Source of the DNA: Candidatus Doudnabacteria bacterium
Lineage (GTDB): Bacteria; Patescibacteriota; Doudnabacteria; UBA920
Assembly (NCBI GenBank): GCA_016218585.1
Contig: JACRDK010000031.1
Coordinates: forward strand, 65,764 to 129,763
Direction of reading: 5' to 3'
Length of the DNA: 64,000 bases
Translations under genes and position numbers: made by a program
The notes under the pieces: generated by a model
Told to the model about the DNA's origin: nothing
What the model saw: only the letters and a program-made list of their open reading frames with translations
Databases searched by the model: none
In this document: piece by piece, positions 37,010 to 48,600 of the stretch
Layout of the letters: the number at the start of each line of letters is the position of its first letter
Numbering within the stretch: the stretch's first letter is position 1

Positions 37010-37639
37010 ATGATACACAAACACCATCTCAAACAAGCCTGCCAAATTTGGCTGCCTATGGCAGTTATTACGGTTATTTTGGCCGGATTAGTTTATGCTG
37101 CCGTGCAGCAAAATTACCGCCAGTCCGCTAATGACCCGCAAATTCAAATTGCCCGCGATGTGGCCGATGCCATTGTCCGCGGCGACGCCCAAGCCGACGG
37201 AATAGTTCCTCCCACCCCAACTTCGGAACTTGCAAACAGCCTCGCAACTTTTGTTGCTGTTTACTCCGCCACCGGCACGCCAATTGGCGCTTCGGTAAGT
37301 GTGGACGGAAAATTGCCAACTTTGCCGGTTGGGGTATTTTTAGCAGCAGCGCAAAAAGGAGAGAATCGTTTTACCTGGCAGCCAAAAACCGGCGTAAGAG
37401 TGGCGGCTGTTTTGGAAAGCTTTAAAGGCAAGGATTCCGGTTACATTTTAGTCGGACGCTCTATTAGAGAAGTAGAAGTGCGCATTGCCCAGCTCACAAT
37501 TATGACAGGCATTGCTACAGCTCTGGCTTTAATTTTAAGCTACCTCGCAGTTCTATGGTATGCCATGCAGGTTATAAAGCCTGAACACCATGAACACATA
37601 CACGAACACACCGAAGAGCATCACCATCACGCAGCGTAA
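37010..37639 (+). CDS. hypothetical membrane protein with His-rich C-terminus (HHEHIHEHTEEHHHH)
   Basis: Two TM segments plus a possible metal-binding tail. Confidence 0.45.
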   Translation: MIHKHHLKQACQIWLPMAVITVILAGLVYAAVQQNYRQSANDPQIQIARDVADAIVRGDAQADGIVPPTPTSELANSLATFVAVYSATGTPIGASVSVDGKLPTLPVGVFLAAAQKGENRFTWQPKTGVRVAAVLESFKGKDSGYILVGRSIREVEVRIAQLTIMTGIATALALILSYLAVLWYAMQVIKPEHHEHIHEHTEEHHHHAA

Positions 37640-37646
37640 ATAATTT

Positions 37647-37685
37647 AAAATCCCCATTCCTGAAAATAGGAATGGGGATTTTTTT
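37647..37685. terminator. bidirectional terminator (AAAATCCCCATTCC..GGAATGGGGATTTTTT)
   Basis: Perfect 12-bp stem. Confidence 0.65.
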
Positions 37686-38586
37686 AATTAATGTTAGCGA
37701 TGGCGTAATTGTCAAAAATTACATCCATAAAGTCGGTGCGAATTCCGCCGCTGCCGCCGCTAGTTATGGGATTATTGGCGTCGGTTGCTTCGGCAATAAG
37801 CTGCCAGCGCAAATTCCAATTTTTATCCATATACAATTTAATCTTTACCGATCCGTCCGACTGCGTAACAACTTCTGTCTTTAGCCCCACCCAGGTATTT
37901 AGGGGCAGCAGGTTTGGGCTGGTCTCATGGTTATAACTCCCGGGAAAAATCCCTTTAGCATAAGCCAGCGTGGTATAAATGCCATTTTGTTTTTTCTTAA
38001 TTACCGCGGCGCCATCTCGCCTGACTCCGGCATAATACAAATTTTGGGAGTCAACATAGCGGTTAAACAGCAATAAACCGTTGGATTCATTTCTGTTGGG
38101 GCTGGCGCTTAAATTATCCGCGGTTATTTTAAAGTATGCTTCTTGGGAAATATTCCGCCAGTCGTTTTTCCTGGTAACCAGGCGAAAAATATTCTGCGGG
38201 TGAAAGCCCAAGTCTGTATCAAGCGGATTATTTAAGGAATACAGCAGGCGAAAAGGATCTATATCCGCTAATTTCCCCTGCACAGTTGTTCCCCGCCCGG
38301 CGCTTACATACATATAACCGCCGGAGTTTACCCACCAATAGGGACTGCTGCTGGTTATATCAGATCCCGCTTCGGAAACATTACAGGAGCAGGAAAAGGT
38401 ATAATAAAACGGCGACAAAACCGGTAAGGCGTCGCCGGCGTATGCGGCATTAGGGTACAAACCTAAAGCGGGTAAAAATAAAAAGCATCCCATTATGAAC
38501 ATAAGTACCAGGTATTTTTTTTCTTTTTTTTGTTTGTGTAATTTTCCTGAATGCGGTTCAGGATCCGATTTTATTTCTGGCTGCAA
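37684..38586 (-). CDS. hypothetical secreted protein
   Basis: N-terminal TM/signal; 300 aa. Confidence 0.45.
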   Translation of the reverse strand: MQPEIKSDPEPHSGKLHKQKKEKKYLVLMFIMGCFLFLPALGLYPNAAYAGDALPVLSPFYYTFSCSCNVSEAGSDITSSSPYWWVNSGGYMYVSAGRGTTVQGKLADIDPFRLLYSLNNPLDTDLGFHPQNIFRLVTRKNDWRNISQEAYFKITADNLSASPNRNESNGLLLFNRYVDSQNLYYAGVRRDGAAVIKKKQNGIYTTLAYAKGIFPGSYNHETSPNLLPLNTWVGLKTEVVTQSDGSVKIKLYMDKNWNLRWQLIAEATDANNPITSGGSGGIRTDFMDVIFDNYAIANIN

Positions 38587-38773
38587 GATTTATTTAATTA
38601 ATAATTAATATGCTTGTATCGCGACAGGTGCATATTAAATTATTTTCTTCTTGCTGTCAAAAACTTTTTTTAAAATTCAACCAAATAAATCTTTAAATAA
38701 AACTCTTTTTTTATTTTGCGCTGTGTTTGCGGAAGATTTTCCCCGGCGCTAGAATAAGCGCCGGGGAAAATCT

Positions 38774-39811
38774 TTACTGCTCCTGCGACAATGCCTGCCA
38801 AATCCCCGGGTCTTCCCCGCCGAGCCGCCATAAGGCTACCTTTTTCAAACCTAAACTTTTGAGCATGGTTATCCTGGCGGCCAAGCTTTGCCGATCTTCA
38901 AACCAGACCTGTCCTTCGCCGCTGCGGACAATTGGAGCACTGCTGTCGGTATCCCTACTGAGCGCGCCGCTGTTAGCCTGAACCGGACGGACCAGCCGCT
39001 GCCAGGTGCCGGTACGGTAATTGCCTTTGGTCCAATACAAAGCCACAATTGAAACGCCAACGGTAAGCTTCTCCGGCGGAACGGCCTGCAATATATGCTG
39101 CAAACGAAGCCGGCTCCACCACAGGGATGCCGATGGTCCCGGAGCGGTTGAAGCGCGGTGTTCGCCGTAAAGCATTAGCCTCACCGAGTCTGCCGCCACG
39201 CCAATTCTTTTCCAGGACACAAGCGCGCTTTGCGCCATTGTCGGCTCCAAACTTACCGCCACAGTTTTTCCCTTGCTCCTCAGCGCCGCCGAAAGCTCTT
39301 CTACAAAATCGGCCAAAACCGGCAACTGTTTAGGCAGCAAGCCTTCTATGTCGATGTCCACACCGGCATAGTTTTTAGCTTCAACCAGAGCAACAATGTT
39401 GTCCGCCAATGCGGCGCGAAGAGTTGGGTTGGTTAAAACCGGCAGCGCCCACTCCGGATGAGAACCCGAAGCATCCACATTGCTGATTATAGGCCTAAGC
39501 AAAAATCCGTTTTTCTTGACGTCGTTTAGCAGCCGGGAGTCATCTACAAATGCGTTGGGGTTATTTTTCAAAGCCCCATTGCTCTGAACTTGATACCAAG
39601 CCGGGCTCACCTCGGCGATTTGGGCGGAATGGCTTTCCAAACTCGACAAGCCGGCGTCCCAATCGTTCTGATGCAGCCAGGCAATTACGGTGAATTTACC
39701 CCGCTCCTGCGCAATGCCGCTTGGCACCGCAACAAGCAGCGACAAAAAGAAAATTGTCGCATTCGTCATTCTTCCCTCCTTGGAAAAAAATCTCACCAAC
39801 CATTTTTTCAT
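38774..39811 (-). CDS. putative secreted glycoside hydrolase (GH18-like TIM barrel)
   Basis: GVDIDIEG resembles the GH18 DxDxE catalytic motif; signal peptide; in the EPS operon. Confidence 0.4.
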   Translation of the reverse strand: MKKWLVRFFSKEGRMTNATIFFLSLLVAVPSGIAQERGKFTVIAWLHQNDWDAGLSSLESHSAQIAEVSPAWYQVQSNGALKNNPNAFVDDSRLLNDVKKNGFLLRPIISNVDASGSHPEWALPVLTNPTLRAALADNIVALVEAKNYAGVDIDIEGLLPKQLPVLADFVEELSAALRSKGKTVAVSLEPTMAQSALVSWKRIGVAADSVRLMLYGEHRASTAPGPSASLWWSRLRLQHILQAVPPEKLTVGVSIVALYWTKGNYRTGTWQRLVRPVQANSGALSRDTDSSAPIVRSGEGQVWFEDRQSLAARITMLKSLGLKKVALWRLGGEDPGIWQALSQEQ

Positions 39812-41385
39812 TCAGATATTGGTTCAATAACCGCTTTTTTTATTATCAGCGACGCTTTATCAGGCTGCGGATCCCAAACTTTAAAACCTACCGATCCCTC
39901 AATTAGTTTTTCCGACACCCTGTCGGTGGTTAATACCACCTTGCCATTTAGCAAACATCTCGCTCTTCCATCCATAAGCTCAATGCCGGCGGAAATTTCT
40001 TCGGAATTAATTTGCGGGAATTTAAACCACCAGGAAGACACTTCTTTTTTACGGCCATCCGTCACTTCATTAATCGTTATTCCTGCGGAAGAATAATTGC
40101 AGCTCAAATAATTATTATCATCAATATATGCAGCCAGTAGGCTAAAAGATTGCCCTGCTTTCAATTGCACCAGTGAACTAAATTTATATTTTGACAGTTT
40201 ATTTCCACCGTCTAAGTATACAGAAGCTCCGGTCGAAGATGCGGTTGGCGATAAAACCTGTACCCCGTTTTGGCCGACGGAATTTCCCCAGGTAGGGACC
40301 CAATCTTTTGAATTAGAAAAATCTTCACTCCAGGGAAGCTCTTTGGCTATTCCGGCGGTTACGGCATTTAGCAAATCTTTTCCTTGCCAGTTTCCCTCGA
40401 CGGTAATTCGCTTGGCTAAATAAAAGGCTGAATTCTCCGGATAATTTTGGGTAAAATAAGTATCGCTGCGTGTTTGCGTAAAAGCCGTGCTGTAATTTTT
40501 GGCAACTTCCGCCAGTAAAAAATTCTGGTCATTGGGAACATTCTTCGAATCTACGCCATAGTCGCCGTAAGGAAAAGCATAAGCTGCGGGCACCACGCCA
40601 AGCTGATTTTTTAAGTCTGTTTTTATGCCTGAAAGTTCTGTTGCTACCCGATTATGATATTCCTCCTCTGTTTCCAGGCGATTTTTCTGCTCAAGCCAAA
40701 TTCTATTGCTAAGAAAATTTCCGCTGTTGCCGCTGCCGTCTATTGGCCTTGGGTCATGGCCAACTTGGGCGTGAGCCCCCAAATCCCAGCGGCCGCTGTC
40801 TCTCATAAAAGCTAATTCATTGCGATTTAAATAATACGTGGTTTTGTCGTTAAACGAACTGCCGGTAATTACAAACATTGTCGCCCTAAATCCGAGCAAC
40901 TTAAGTACCGGATCAGCGCCGTAAAAACTGTCCTTGCGCCCGTCGTCAAAAGTCAGTAAAAAAGATTTTGTCGGCAGCTTTTTGTCTCCGCGCGCAAAGG
41001 CGCCAAAGTCATCCAGACTCACGGTTTGCCAGCCGGCAGCGGCAAGCTCTTTCATCTGTTCTAAAAATTGTTGTTTGGTGACATTTACGCCGTCTGCTTT
41101 ATCGACAATTCCATGATAAACCAAAACCGGCATTGAACTGGCTTCCCCTGAGGGCGTTTGCGCGCTAAAAGCTCCGGCAACCCGCCCCTGCCCGCTTATC
41201 TCGGCAAAGCCGCTGTCTAAAATATCCATCCTTACCGGCTCGGCTCCAAAAATTTTATTTCCTGCCGTACCGGCAAAATAAAAACTCAAACCGCCGACAA
41301 AGGCTACCAGCCCCGCCGCAAAAATTAAAAAACCTTTTTTTGAGTTGTCTAAATGAGCGTCTAAATTCATTATCGTGTTCCCCAT
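39808..41385 (-). CDS. polysaccharide deacetylase (NodB) domain protein with C-terminal beta-rich domain
   Basis: FLLTFDDGRKD motif; N-terminal TM; overlaps neighbouring genes (coupled). Confidence 0.65.
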   Translation of the reverse strand: MGNTIMNLDAHLDNSKKGFLIFAAGLVAFVGGLSFYFAGTAGNKIFGAEPVRMDILDSGFAEISGQGRVAGAFSAQTPSGEASSMPVLVYHGIVDKADGVNVTKQQFLEQMKELAAAGWQTVSLDDFGAFARGDKKLPTKSFLLTFDDGRKDSFYGADPVLKLLGFRATMFVITGSSFNDKTTYYLNRNELAFMRDSGRWDLGAHAQVGHDPRPIDGSGNSGNFLSNRIWLEQKNRLETEEEYHNRVATELSGIKTDLKNQLGVVPAAYAFPYGDYGVDSKNVPNDQNFLLAEVAKNYSTAFTQTRSDTYFTQNYPENSAFYLAKRITVEGNWQGKDLLNAVTAGIAKELPWSEDFSNSKDWVPTWGNSVGQNGVQVLSPTASSTGASVYLDGGNKLSKYKFSSLVQLKAGQSFSLLAAYIDDNNYLSCNYSSAGITINEVTDGRKKEVSSWWFKFPQINSEEISAGIELMDGRARCLLNGKVVLTTDRVSEKLIEGSVGFKVWDPQPDKASLIIKKAVIEPISE

Positions 41386-42713
41386 TTTCGATTTTGAATG
41401 CTAATCATGGCATAATAGAAAATAAATGACAGAACAAACATATTAAGGGTGGACCAAATAAAAACATAAGGCCAATATTTATTTTCCCTGGACACAAAAC
41501 GATAATAAAGGACAATAGCCACCGAAACCAGGTAAACCCCCAAAATATAATAATAAGGCACAATTCCTTTTACAATCGGGTTGTAAATTAACGCCTTAGT
41601 CGCCATTACCGGCGTGGCAATGGTAATAAATATTAGTGGAAAAAAATAAGTAAGAGCTACAAAGGGATATTGCTTTAAAACAAAGCCGGATGCAAAAATT
41701 GAATTTACAAACCAACCTTTCTTCCAACGAACCTGCTGTTTTAAAAGTTGTCGTAAATTGTCAGGCACAATAGTTTTTGCCAAAACCGTGTCGGTATAAA
41801 TAGTCTTATAGCCTTTGCGCAAAACCCAGTTGGTAAGCGCCCGGTCGTCCCCCCAGCTTACCGGTTTACCTAAAAATCTTTCGCCCAGCCATTGGTCTAA
41901 AATTGGCAGGACAATATTTTTTCTATAAGCTGAGCTGCAGCCGCTGCAGCAAAACACTGTCATAAAGGTCGACTCCGCGGCTTTTAAAATACGGAATGAC
42001 AAAAAATAATAAGCGGCCTGAATTTTAGTTAAAAAATTCTGGTCGGCATTGTCAGGGTCGGCGTGGGCGCAAACCGCGCCAATCTCCGGGTGTCGGAACG
42101 GCGAAATGAACTGATAAAATGTTTCCGGTTCAATATAGCTATCGCTGTCTAGTTGCACGATAATTTCTCCGCGTGCGCGGCGGAATCCTTCGGCCATAGC
42201 CATTCTTTTCCCCTGATTAACTTTCCAATCCACCACTACAAGATTCGGATAAGCTTTTTGCGACTCTCTTAATACCTCAATGGTATTGTCAGTACTGCCG
42301 TCATTTATAATAATTACTTCGAGCAATGATTTTGGATAATCTGCGGCAAAACATTTTTCTACTGTTTTGGCTATGCTTTTTTCCTCGTTTTTGCAGGGAA
42401 CCACAAAAGTTACGCTGGGAAAATATTCGTCATTGGCCTGATTACTGGTTAAACTGTTTTCAATATACTTCCCGCTTTTGCTAAAAATATGAGCCGCTAC
42501 AATTCGCGACAACTGAAAGACTGTAACAAAAACCGTATAAACAAATAGCAAGGGGTCACGGCCAAACTCAGATGCAGTTTTAGTCTTTACCCAAACCACG
42601 GCAAACACCGTAGCGCTAGCCAAAATAAATAAAATCAAGTTAAACCAGGAGGGATTTTTAACCTCTTTGGCAATTAAAATGCTATTCATTGCTGCGGTTG
42701 CTACTCTTGGCAC
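41370..42713 (-). CDS. family-2 glycosyltransferase, synthase type (PgaC/IcaA/cellulose-synthase-like)
   Basis: DGSTD, DSDS (DxD) and QVRWKKG (QxxRW) motifs; flanking TM helices. Confidence 0.7.
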   Translation of the reverse strand: MPRVATAAMNSILIAKEVKNPSWFNLILFILASATVFAVVWVKTKTASEFGRDPLLFVYTVFVTVFQLSRIVAAHIFSKSGKYIENSLTSNQANDEYFPSVTFVVPCKNEEKSIAKTVEKCFAADYPKSLLEVIIINDGSTDNTIEVLRESQKAYPNLVVVDWKVNQGKRMAMAEGFRRARGEIIVQLDSDSYIEPETFYQFISPFRHPEIGAVCAHADPDNADQNFLTKIQAAYYFLSFRILKAAESTFMTVFCCSGCSSAYRKNIVLPILDQWLGERFLGKPVSWGDDRALTNWVLRKGYKTIYTDTVLAKTIVPDNLRQLLKQQVRWKKGWFVNSIFASGFVLKQYPFVALTYFFPLIFITIATPVMATKALIYNPIVKGIVPYYYILGVYLVSVAIVLYYRFVSRENKYWPYVFIWSTLNMFVLSFIFYYAMISIQNRKWGTR

Positions 42714-42732
42714 GGCTGCCCCCTTTCGCTAA

Positions 42733-43425
42733 TTAAACTAAACGTTTATTAAACTTTAAAATCTGTTTGGCAATTGGCGACCGGAGCAAATGCGCATTAG
42801 GAATAACACAATGCCCGCCAATCGGGCCGTCTTTATGATTCAAATAAGGACGCACCACTTCCAAACGGCCCAGTTCCGAATAGCCGGCGTTATAGTCTTT
42901 ATTGGCGGTTTTGTAAATGGCTTCAAAGTCTAAATTATTTCTTTCGCACCAGGCGTAAATTTCTTTCTCTAATATTATCTGCCAGCCATACTGAGTTGTG
43001 TCCCACAGCTTAATGGCCTCGGTAGTTTCTTGTTCGTTATAACACTTAACCTTTATTCCCAGGGCTTCAAACCAAGCCGCAGCCTGAGTTGCTTTTGGCC
43101 CGCCAAAATATTTTACAAAAATTTTAATTCCCAAAGCTAAGTTTGGATGAACGCCGCGAATCGGCGAATGCACCGCCTGGCACTTTCTGCTGGTGCCAAT
43201 TGGCACGGTTGAATGAATAATGGTAATTTTTGGCTTAAATTCTTTTTGATACTCTTTAACTAATTTAATAAAAGATTTGTCTTTATATGGGAAAGCAATA
43301 TGGAGGACTTCATATTGTTCGGACTTTACATCCCGAAAGGCTAAATCCAAAACATCGCATTTTAATACTTCGCGCAGAGCGCTGCCTACTTCTCCGTAAC
43401 CAACTATCAATTGATTTTTTTCCAT
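42733..43425 (-). CDS. hypothetical Rossmann-like protein (GYGEVGSAL)
   Basis: 230 aa, first gene of the EPS operon. Confidence 0.4.
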   Translation of the reverse strand: MEKNQLIVGYGEVGSALREVLKCDVLDLAFRDVKSEQYEVLHIAFPYKDKSFIKLVKEYQKEFKPKITIIHSTVPIGTSRKCQAVHSPIRGVHPNLALGIKIFVKYFGGPKATQAAAWFEALGIKVKCYNEQETTEAIKLWDTTQYGWQIILEKEIYAWCERNNLDFEAIYKTANKDYNAGYSELGRLEVVRPYLNHKDGPIGGHCVIPNAHLLRSPIAKQILKFNKRLV

Positions 43426-43658
43426 ATTTTTTTATTTAATTTTAATTTATCAGCCAAACTTATTTTAAATTTTATCGGCAAGAGTGAGAACCTGTTTCAC
43501 TTTTTCTAAAATTAAAAACTTAAGTTTGCCTTATAGTTTAAACAGAAAAAAATATTTTGTATTTTATAATAAGCAAAAATATTTTTCTCCGTTTAACAAT
43601 GAACCAAAATAAAAAATCCCTTAAAGACAAAGCTTTAAAGGATTAAAAATTATTGATT

Positions 43659-45125
43659 TTACAGCGCGCTCAAATCTATATTTTGATCTATGCGAATTTG
43701 CGAAACGAACTCAGGAATATGGGAAACCATAATGCTGGCGCCCTCATACTCAGAGAGAGCTTTGGCAATTATGGGCAAGTGGCGGAAATTAATATGGTTA
43801 GTCGGCTCGTCTAATATAAGCAAACCCGGCTTCATTAGCATAAGGCGGCAAAAAGCCAACAAACCCTTTTGCCCTTCTGACAGCGCGGCAATTGGCTGGT
43901 CAAGCAGCTTGCCGTCTAGCAAAAAGCCGGCGGCGGCGGCGCGCAAATTATGTTCATCAAACTTTTGCATTACTTCCTTTAGAGCATCGTAAGCTTTTTG
44001 CTCAAAGTCGAAATTTGAGAAATCTTGTTTGTAATAGCCAATTCGGATATCTTTGGCTACAGCAAAACCTTCTCCGGCCCCGGAAGCAATTTTCTCCAAC
44101 ATGGTAGATTTACCAATACCATTAGGACTGGAAATAAGCAGATGTGTGTTTTTTCGCAAAACCATTTCCACCTCTTTACTTACCACACCGTGGGGGCGGA
44201 TGGCGGATATGGAATTAAATTCCATTATCTTGCCGTCAAAAAATTGGTCAAACTCTTGCGCCGGAATATTGAACTCGCGGATAGTTTTGTCTTCCTGGCG
44301 TACCGAGACAATGGACTCCTCCGCCTCTTCCGCGGACTCGCGCATCCGTTTTGCTACCGCGCGCAGTTTTCCGCCCTTGTGGGCAAAGACTTCGGCCTGC
44401 GCTAATTTTTCTTTAATTTGGGATTGCATGCGGGCATTCTGCAAATTTTCTCTTTCAATCCGATTTTTTATTTCTTCCACCACGTCAAAATAGTTGCCGT
44501 TATATTGCTCAACTTTTTTTGTAAAAACATCCAAGTACAAAACGCCGTCGGAAAAAGCATTTAAAAAATCCGCGTCGTGGGAAATAACCAAAACAGTTTT
44601 TTCATACATCATCAAAAAACCGGTAAGGTGCTCTATGCCAGCCTGGTCAAGATTGTTTGTCGGCTCGTCCAATAACAAAATATCCGGACTTTGAATAAGG
44701 GCGTGCGCGAGCAACAATCTGGCCTGCTGTCCTCCGGACAATTTTCCGACCAAACGGTCGAGCGGTAAATCAACATTCACAACTTCAAAAACATCTTTTA
44801 TAAGCTTGTCTAAATTATATTTAATTTCCGTAAACGCAGTTGCAAAATAATCTCTCACGGTAAGCTCCTGCATTTCTTTTGGCATTACTTGCCTGGCAAT
44901 GGCAATACTGGCGTCTTTCGGCGTGCGGTTAATCTGCCCTTCTTGAGGAACTATTTCTCCGGTAATCATTTTAAACAGCGAAGATTTGCCCGCGCCATTT
45001 TGTCCCATTAAGGTAATTCTGCTTCCGGTGCGCACGCTAAAATTAACCTCATCTAAAATGGGTTTGTTGTGGCTGTATTCAAATGTTACGTCTGAGAAAC
45101 GCAAAATCACGCTGTCATTGGCCAT
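43659..45125 (-). CDS. ABC-F family ATPase (tandem ABC domains, no TM)
   Basis: Two Walker A motifs (GQNGAGKSS, SPNGIGKST) and two signature motifs (LSGGQQ, LSEGQK). Confidence 0.8.
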   Translation of the reverse strand: MANDSVILRFSDVTFEYSHNKPILDEVNFSVRTGSRITLMGQNGAGKSSLFKMITGEIVPQEGQINRTPKDASIAIARQVMPKEMQELTVRDYFATAFTEIKYNLDKLIKDVFEVVNVDLPLDRLVGKLSGGQQARLLLAHALIQSPDILLLDEPTNNLDQAGIEHLTGFLMMYEKTVLVISHDADFLNAFSDGVLYLDVFTKKVEQYNGNYFDVVEEIKNRIERENLQNARMQSQIKEKLAQAEVFAHKGGKLRAVAKRMRESAEEAEESIVSVRQEDKTIREFNIPAQEFDQFFDGKIMEFNSISAIRPHGVVSKEVEMVLRKNTHLLISSPNGIGKSTMLEKIASGAGEGFAVAKDIRIGYYKQDFSNFDFEQKAYDALKEVMQKFDEHNLRAAAAGFLLDGKLLDQPIAALSEGQKGLLAFCRLMLMKPGLLILDEPTNHINFRHLPIIAKALSEYEGASIMVSHIPEFVSQIRIDQNIDLSAL

Positions 45126-45614
45126 ACTCTATAAATCTATTTTAAAGTCGTATTAAAAATTTTGCCCCTTGCTGGGGCAAAATGCTAATAAATTATACTA
45201 CTATATTTGCTCTTAGTCAATCCGGGCCTTAGTTTAGGAAATATGTTATAATTTTTTCTATTTCTGTGGATAATTTGAAAATAAAAATAAAATCAAAAAA
45301 GCATTTTTATTTGGATTGTAAGACATCAGAAAAAATAAAAAAATAACCTTTTGTAAAACAAATTCTCTTCATTTTAGATATACCATAACCGCAAAAAAAC
45401 TTGTCTTAATTAAGTTGCAGATACTTTTTAAATCCAGGCGTAGTAATTTATAAAAAGTTTTTTAAATTATTTTACTGAATTATTGTAAGCTGTTTCACAT
45501 TCCCTACAAAATTCTTAGACATTTAAAACCAACTTTATTTCTTCCAATCTCCTCTATATTAGCAATTAGAAATCTTTTTTTAAAAATGAGATAATTAATA
45601 TATAGGAAAAAGTC

Positions 45615-48600
45615 TTGAAAATAGAAAAGTCAAAATTAAAAAATAGCTTTTTGGGCGGAATGCCGAAAGCAGAAACACTCAAAAAAAATTTGGGGGGTTT
45701 TTTAATTATTTGCATTTCCTTCTCTCAAACCATTGCTCCCTGGGCCATTGCTGCCACCCCGACCGATAATGCAAGCGCAAACTACACCACAGAACAATTT
45801 TATCCGGAACAAATTTTACAAAACTCCGATGACTCTCTCCCCTATGCCTGGGCGGCTTCTGAAAACGCCTTGACTCGCGAGCTTGCAGACAGCGCACCCT
45901 TAGAGCAATTCTCAACAAGCAATTCCGCAGTACTGGCCAATTCAAAAACTGAGGCCACTTCCACCCCGTCAGACTTGCTGGCGGAACAACCTCCTCTTGA
46001 AAATAATAATTCAACTACCACAGCCAGTTCAACCAATATTGAAGTTCCTCCGGCGGTCTCTGAGGCCAGCTCAACGGAAATTAAAATTTACGAGGCGGAT
46101 GTCTCGCCTGCAAACCTCTCGGAGCAAAACCAAATAGAAAATTCCGAGAGCTCCACTTCTCCGGATGTTTTGGATTCTAACCAGAACTCTCCAACCAATC
46201 AAACAAATTCAACTGAAACAGAAATCACGCCAACAACAACTCAAAGCAGCGACACAGAAATTACACCGAGCACAACGCCAAGCAGCGTCACCCCGCCAGC
46301 CGCAACTATTAACAATGAAGACAACTCGTCAACAACGCCGCCGGACATAGCGAGCGCGACGCCGGTGGAAATTTTGCCGACACCGGAACTTAGCGCCCCA
46401 GTTTTGGAATACGGACATTTTACCAGTAGCCAAAATTCCTCGGATAAAAATAATTTTAACAACCCGGCCCAGGCAAGAATAAAACTGTCGTTTGCTTCTC
46501 TGCCGCTTATTGCCGGAAAACTTATTTTAGAATATTCAGTTGCCAGCTCTTCCTGGCAAACTCTCTCGACTGTTGCGCTAGACGGCCAAAGTTCAAATGC
46601 GGAGCGAAACGGCTTCTTTTCTGCCGAACTACCGCAAACAGCTATAAATGATTTATCAACTCTACATGTAAGGCTAAAAATATCCGCCCCGCAAACCAGC
46701 TGGCAAAATATTTTGCCTAGCGAATTATTTTATTTGGATTCTATCTGGCTGGAAGCAGATTACAAAAACACGCTTCCGGAAATTGACGAAGACCAGCTTG
46801 CCGCGACTGACCTTGGCAATTTAACTCCCGAGGAGTTCGCCCATTTAGATTTTTTCAGCCCGCTTATGGAATTATTTATGCCGGCGGACTTATCTGCTAA
46901 TCCAATTACGGTTGGCAGCAAAAAATTAGGCTTTAACTCTCTCCCTTTGCAGATGCTTCCAATAAACGTCTCGACCGACTCGCCAGCTACCAGATTAGGG
47001 CAAAAAGTAACCTATGCCGATGCCTACAAATCCACGGATTTGGAATATATAATGTCTGACTCAGGATTGAAAGAAAACATAATCCTAAAAGATAAAAATC
47101 ATCCGTCTAAATTCCGCTACCTTACCAACTTAGACAAATACGACTCTGTTCAGACCTCTTCTTCGACCATTGCTCTTTTTGCCAAAGGACATAAAGGACA
47201 GCCGCTGTATCAACGCTATGTTCTGTCCGCGCCAATAATGACAGACAGCCAGGGACAGGTTAGTTCGCGGCTTGAATTTAAAGTTAACAAAAATTTAATA
47301 ACTTTAATTCCGGACCCGGCCTGGCTAAAAACCGCCAGCTATCCGGTTACTGTTGACCCGAACGTCAGCTTAAGCGTTTTAAATGTTTCCTCTTTTCCGG
47401 TAGCCGGAGAATTTTGGACTATTGATTTTACGACAGTCGGGCAAGATAACTTAACAATAACCCCGGCTGACCAGGCAACCGTAGATGATATGGAATTTTC
47501 TTCACTAACCTGCGACGGAAATCCAATAAGCGCAAATGTTTCCGCCGGCGGACAGGTGGCGGTTAACAACTGGTCGTGCGACGGCATTGGTGAGGTAAAA
47601 TTCTTGGACAAAAAAACCGGACACCACCAAATGATATTTAATTTTGGCGATGCCAGCCAGGATGCTTATAACGGCTCCAACACTTGGAATGGCTTAGCCG
47701 GAGACAGCAACTGGGCTACCGGCGGCAACTGGTCATTGGGAACAGCCCCGGCGCTGGCTGACGATGTAGTAATTAGCACGGCGGCGACCATAAACATTAG
47801 CAGCTCCACCGCAATAAATTCGTTAACTCTTGGCAACTCCGGCGGCGGAGTAGCGACTGTTTTAAATTTTAATTATGACGCAATTGGCGGACAGCCTCTT
47901 AGCATTACCGGCAACCTTACTGTGTATAGCGGCGCCAGCATTACCCACACGGTAAGTTCTGCCGGATCTGTTGTAGGAACTGTAAATATTTCAACCGGCG
48001 GAAATTCCACCATTACGGGAAGCATTAGCTTAAATGCCAAAGGGTATACCGGCGGTTACGGACCCGGCAAAGGAACCGACGACTTAAGGGCGGGCGGAGG
48101 CGGTTATGGCGGCAACGGCGGAACCGGAAATTTGGGGGCTTTGGGCGGAACAAGCAATGGCTCAACTACAGTGCCAACCTCTTTGGGTTCCGGCGGCGGC
48201 AACTCGGGATGCGGAAGCACCGGCGGGACAGGAGGAGGAGCCTTAAAATTAAGCACAACCGGAACAACAACAATTGCCGGAACTATTACCGCCAACGGCG
48301 GAACCGGCGCAACCCCCTGCTGGAACTCGGGCGGCGGCAGCGGTGGTTCAATTTATATTATTACAAATGTCTTAACCGGAGCCGGAAGCATTACCGCCAA
48401 CGGCGGCGTTGGCGTTACCGGCGGCAACGCCTCAGGCGATGGCGGCGGCGGAAGAATTGCCATAAATTATACCACTGACAATTCCACCATAACTTATTCC
48501 GCTTACAGCGGCGCCGGACAGCTTTATGGAGGAAGCGGGACGGTTTACAAAAAAAGCCAGGCGCAAAGCACGGGCGATTTAACATTTGATAATAATAACT

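Noticed and set aside
44025-44493. 126-aa and 146-aa plus-strand ORFs
   Set aside because: Antisense to the ABC-F ATPase, whose Walker and signature motifs fix the true frame.
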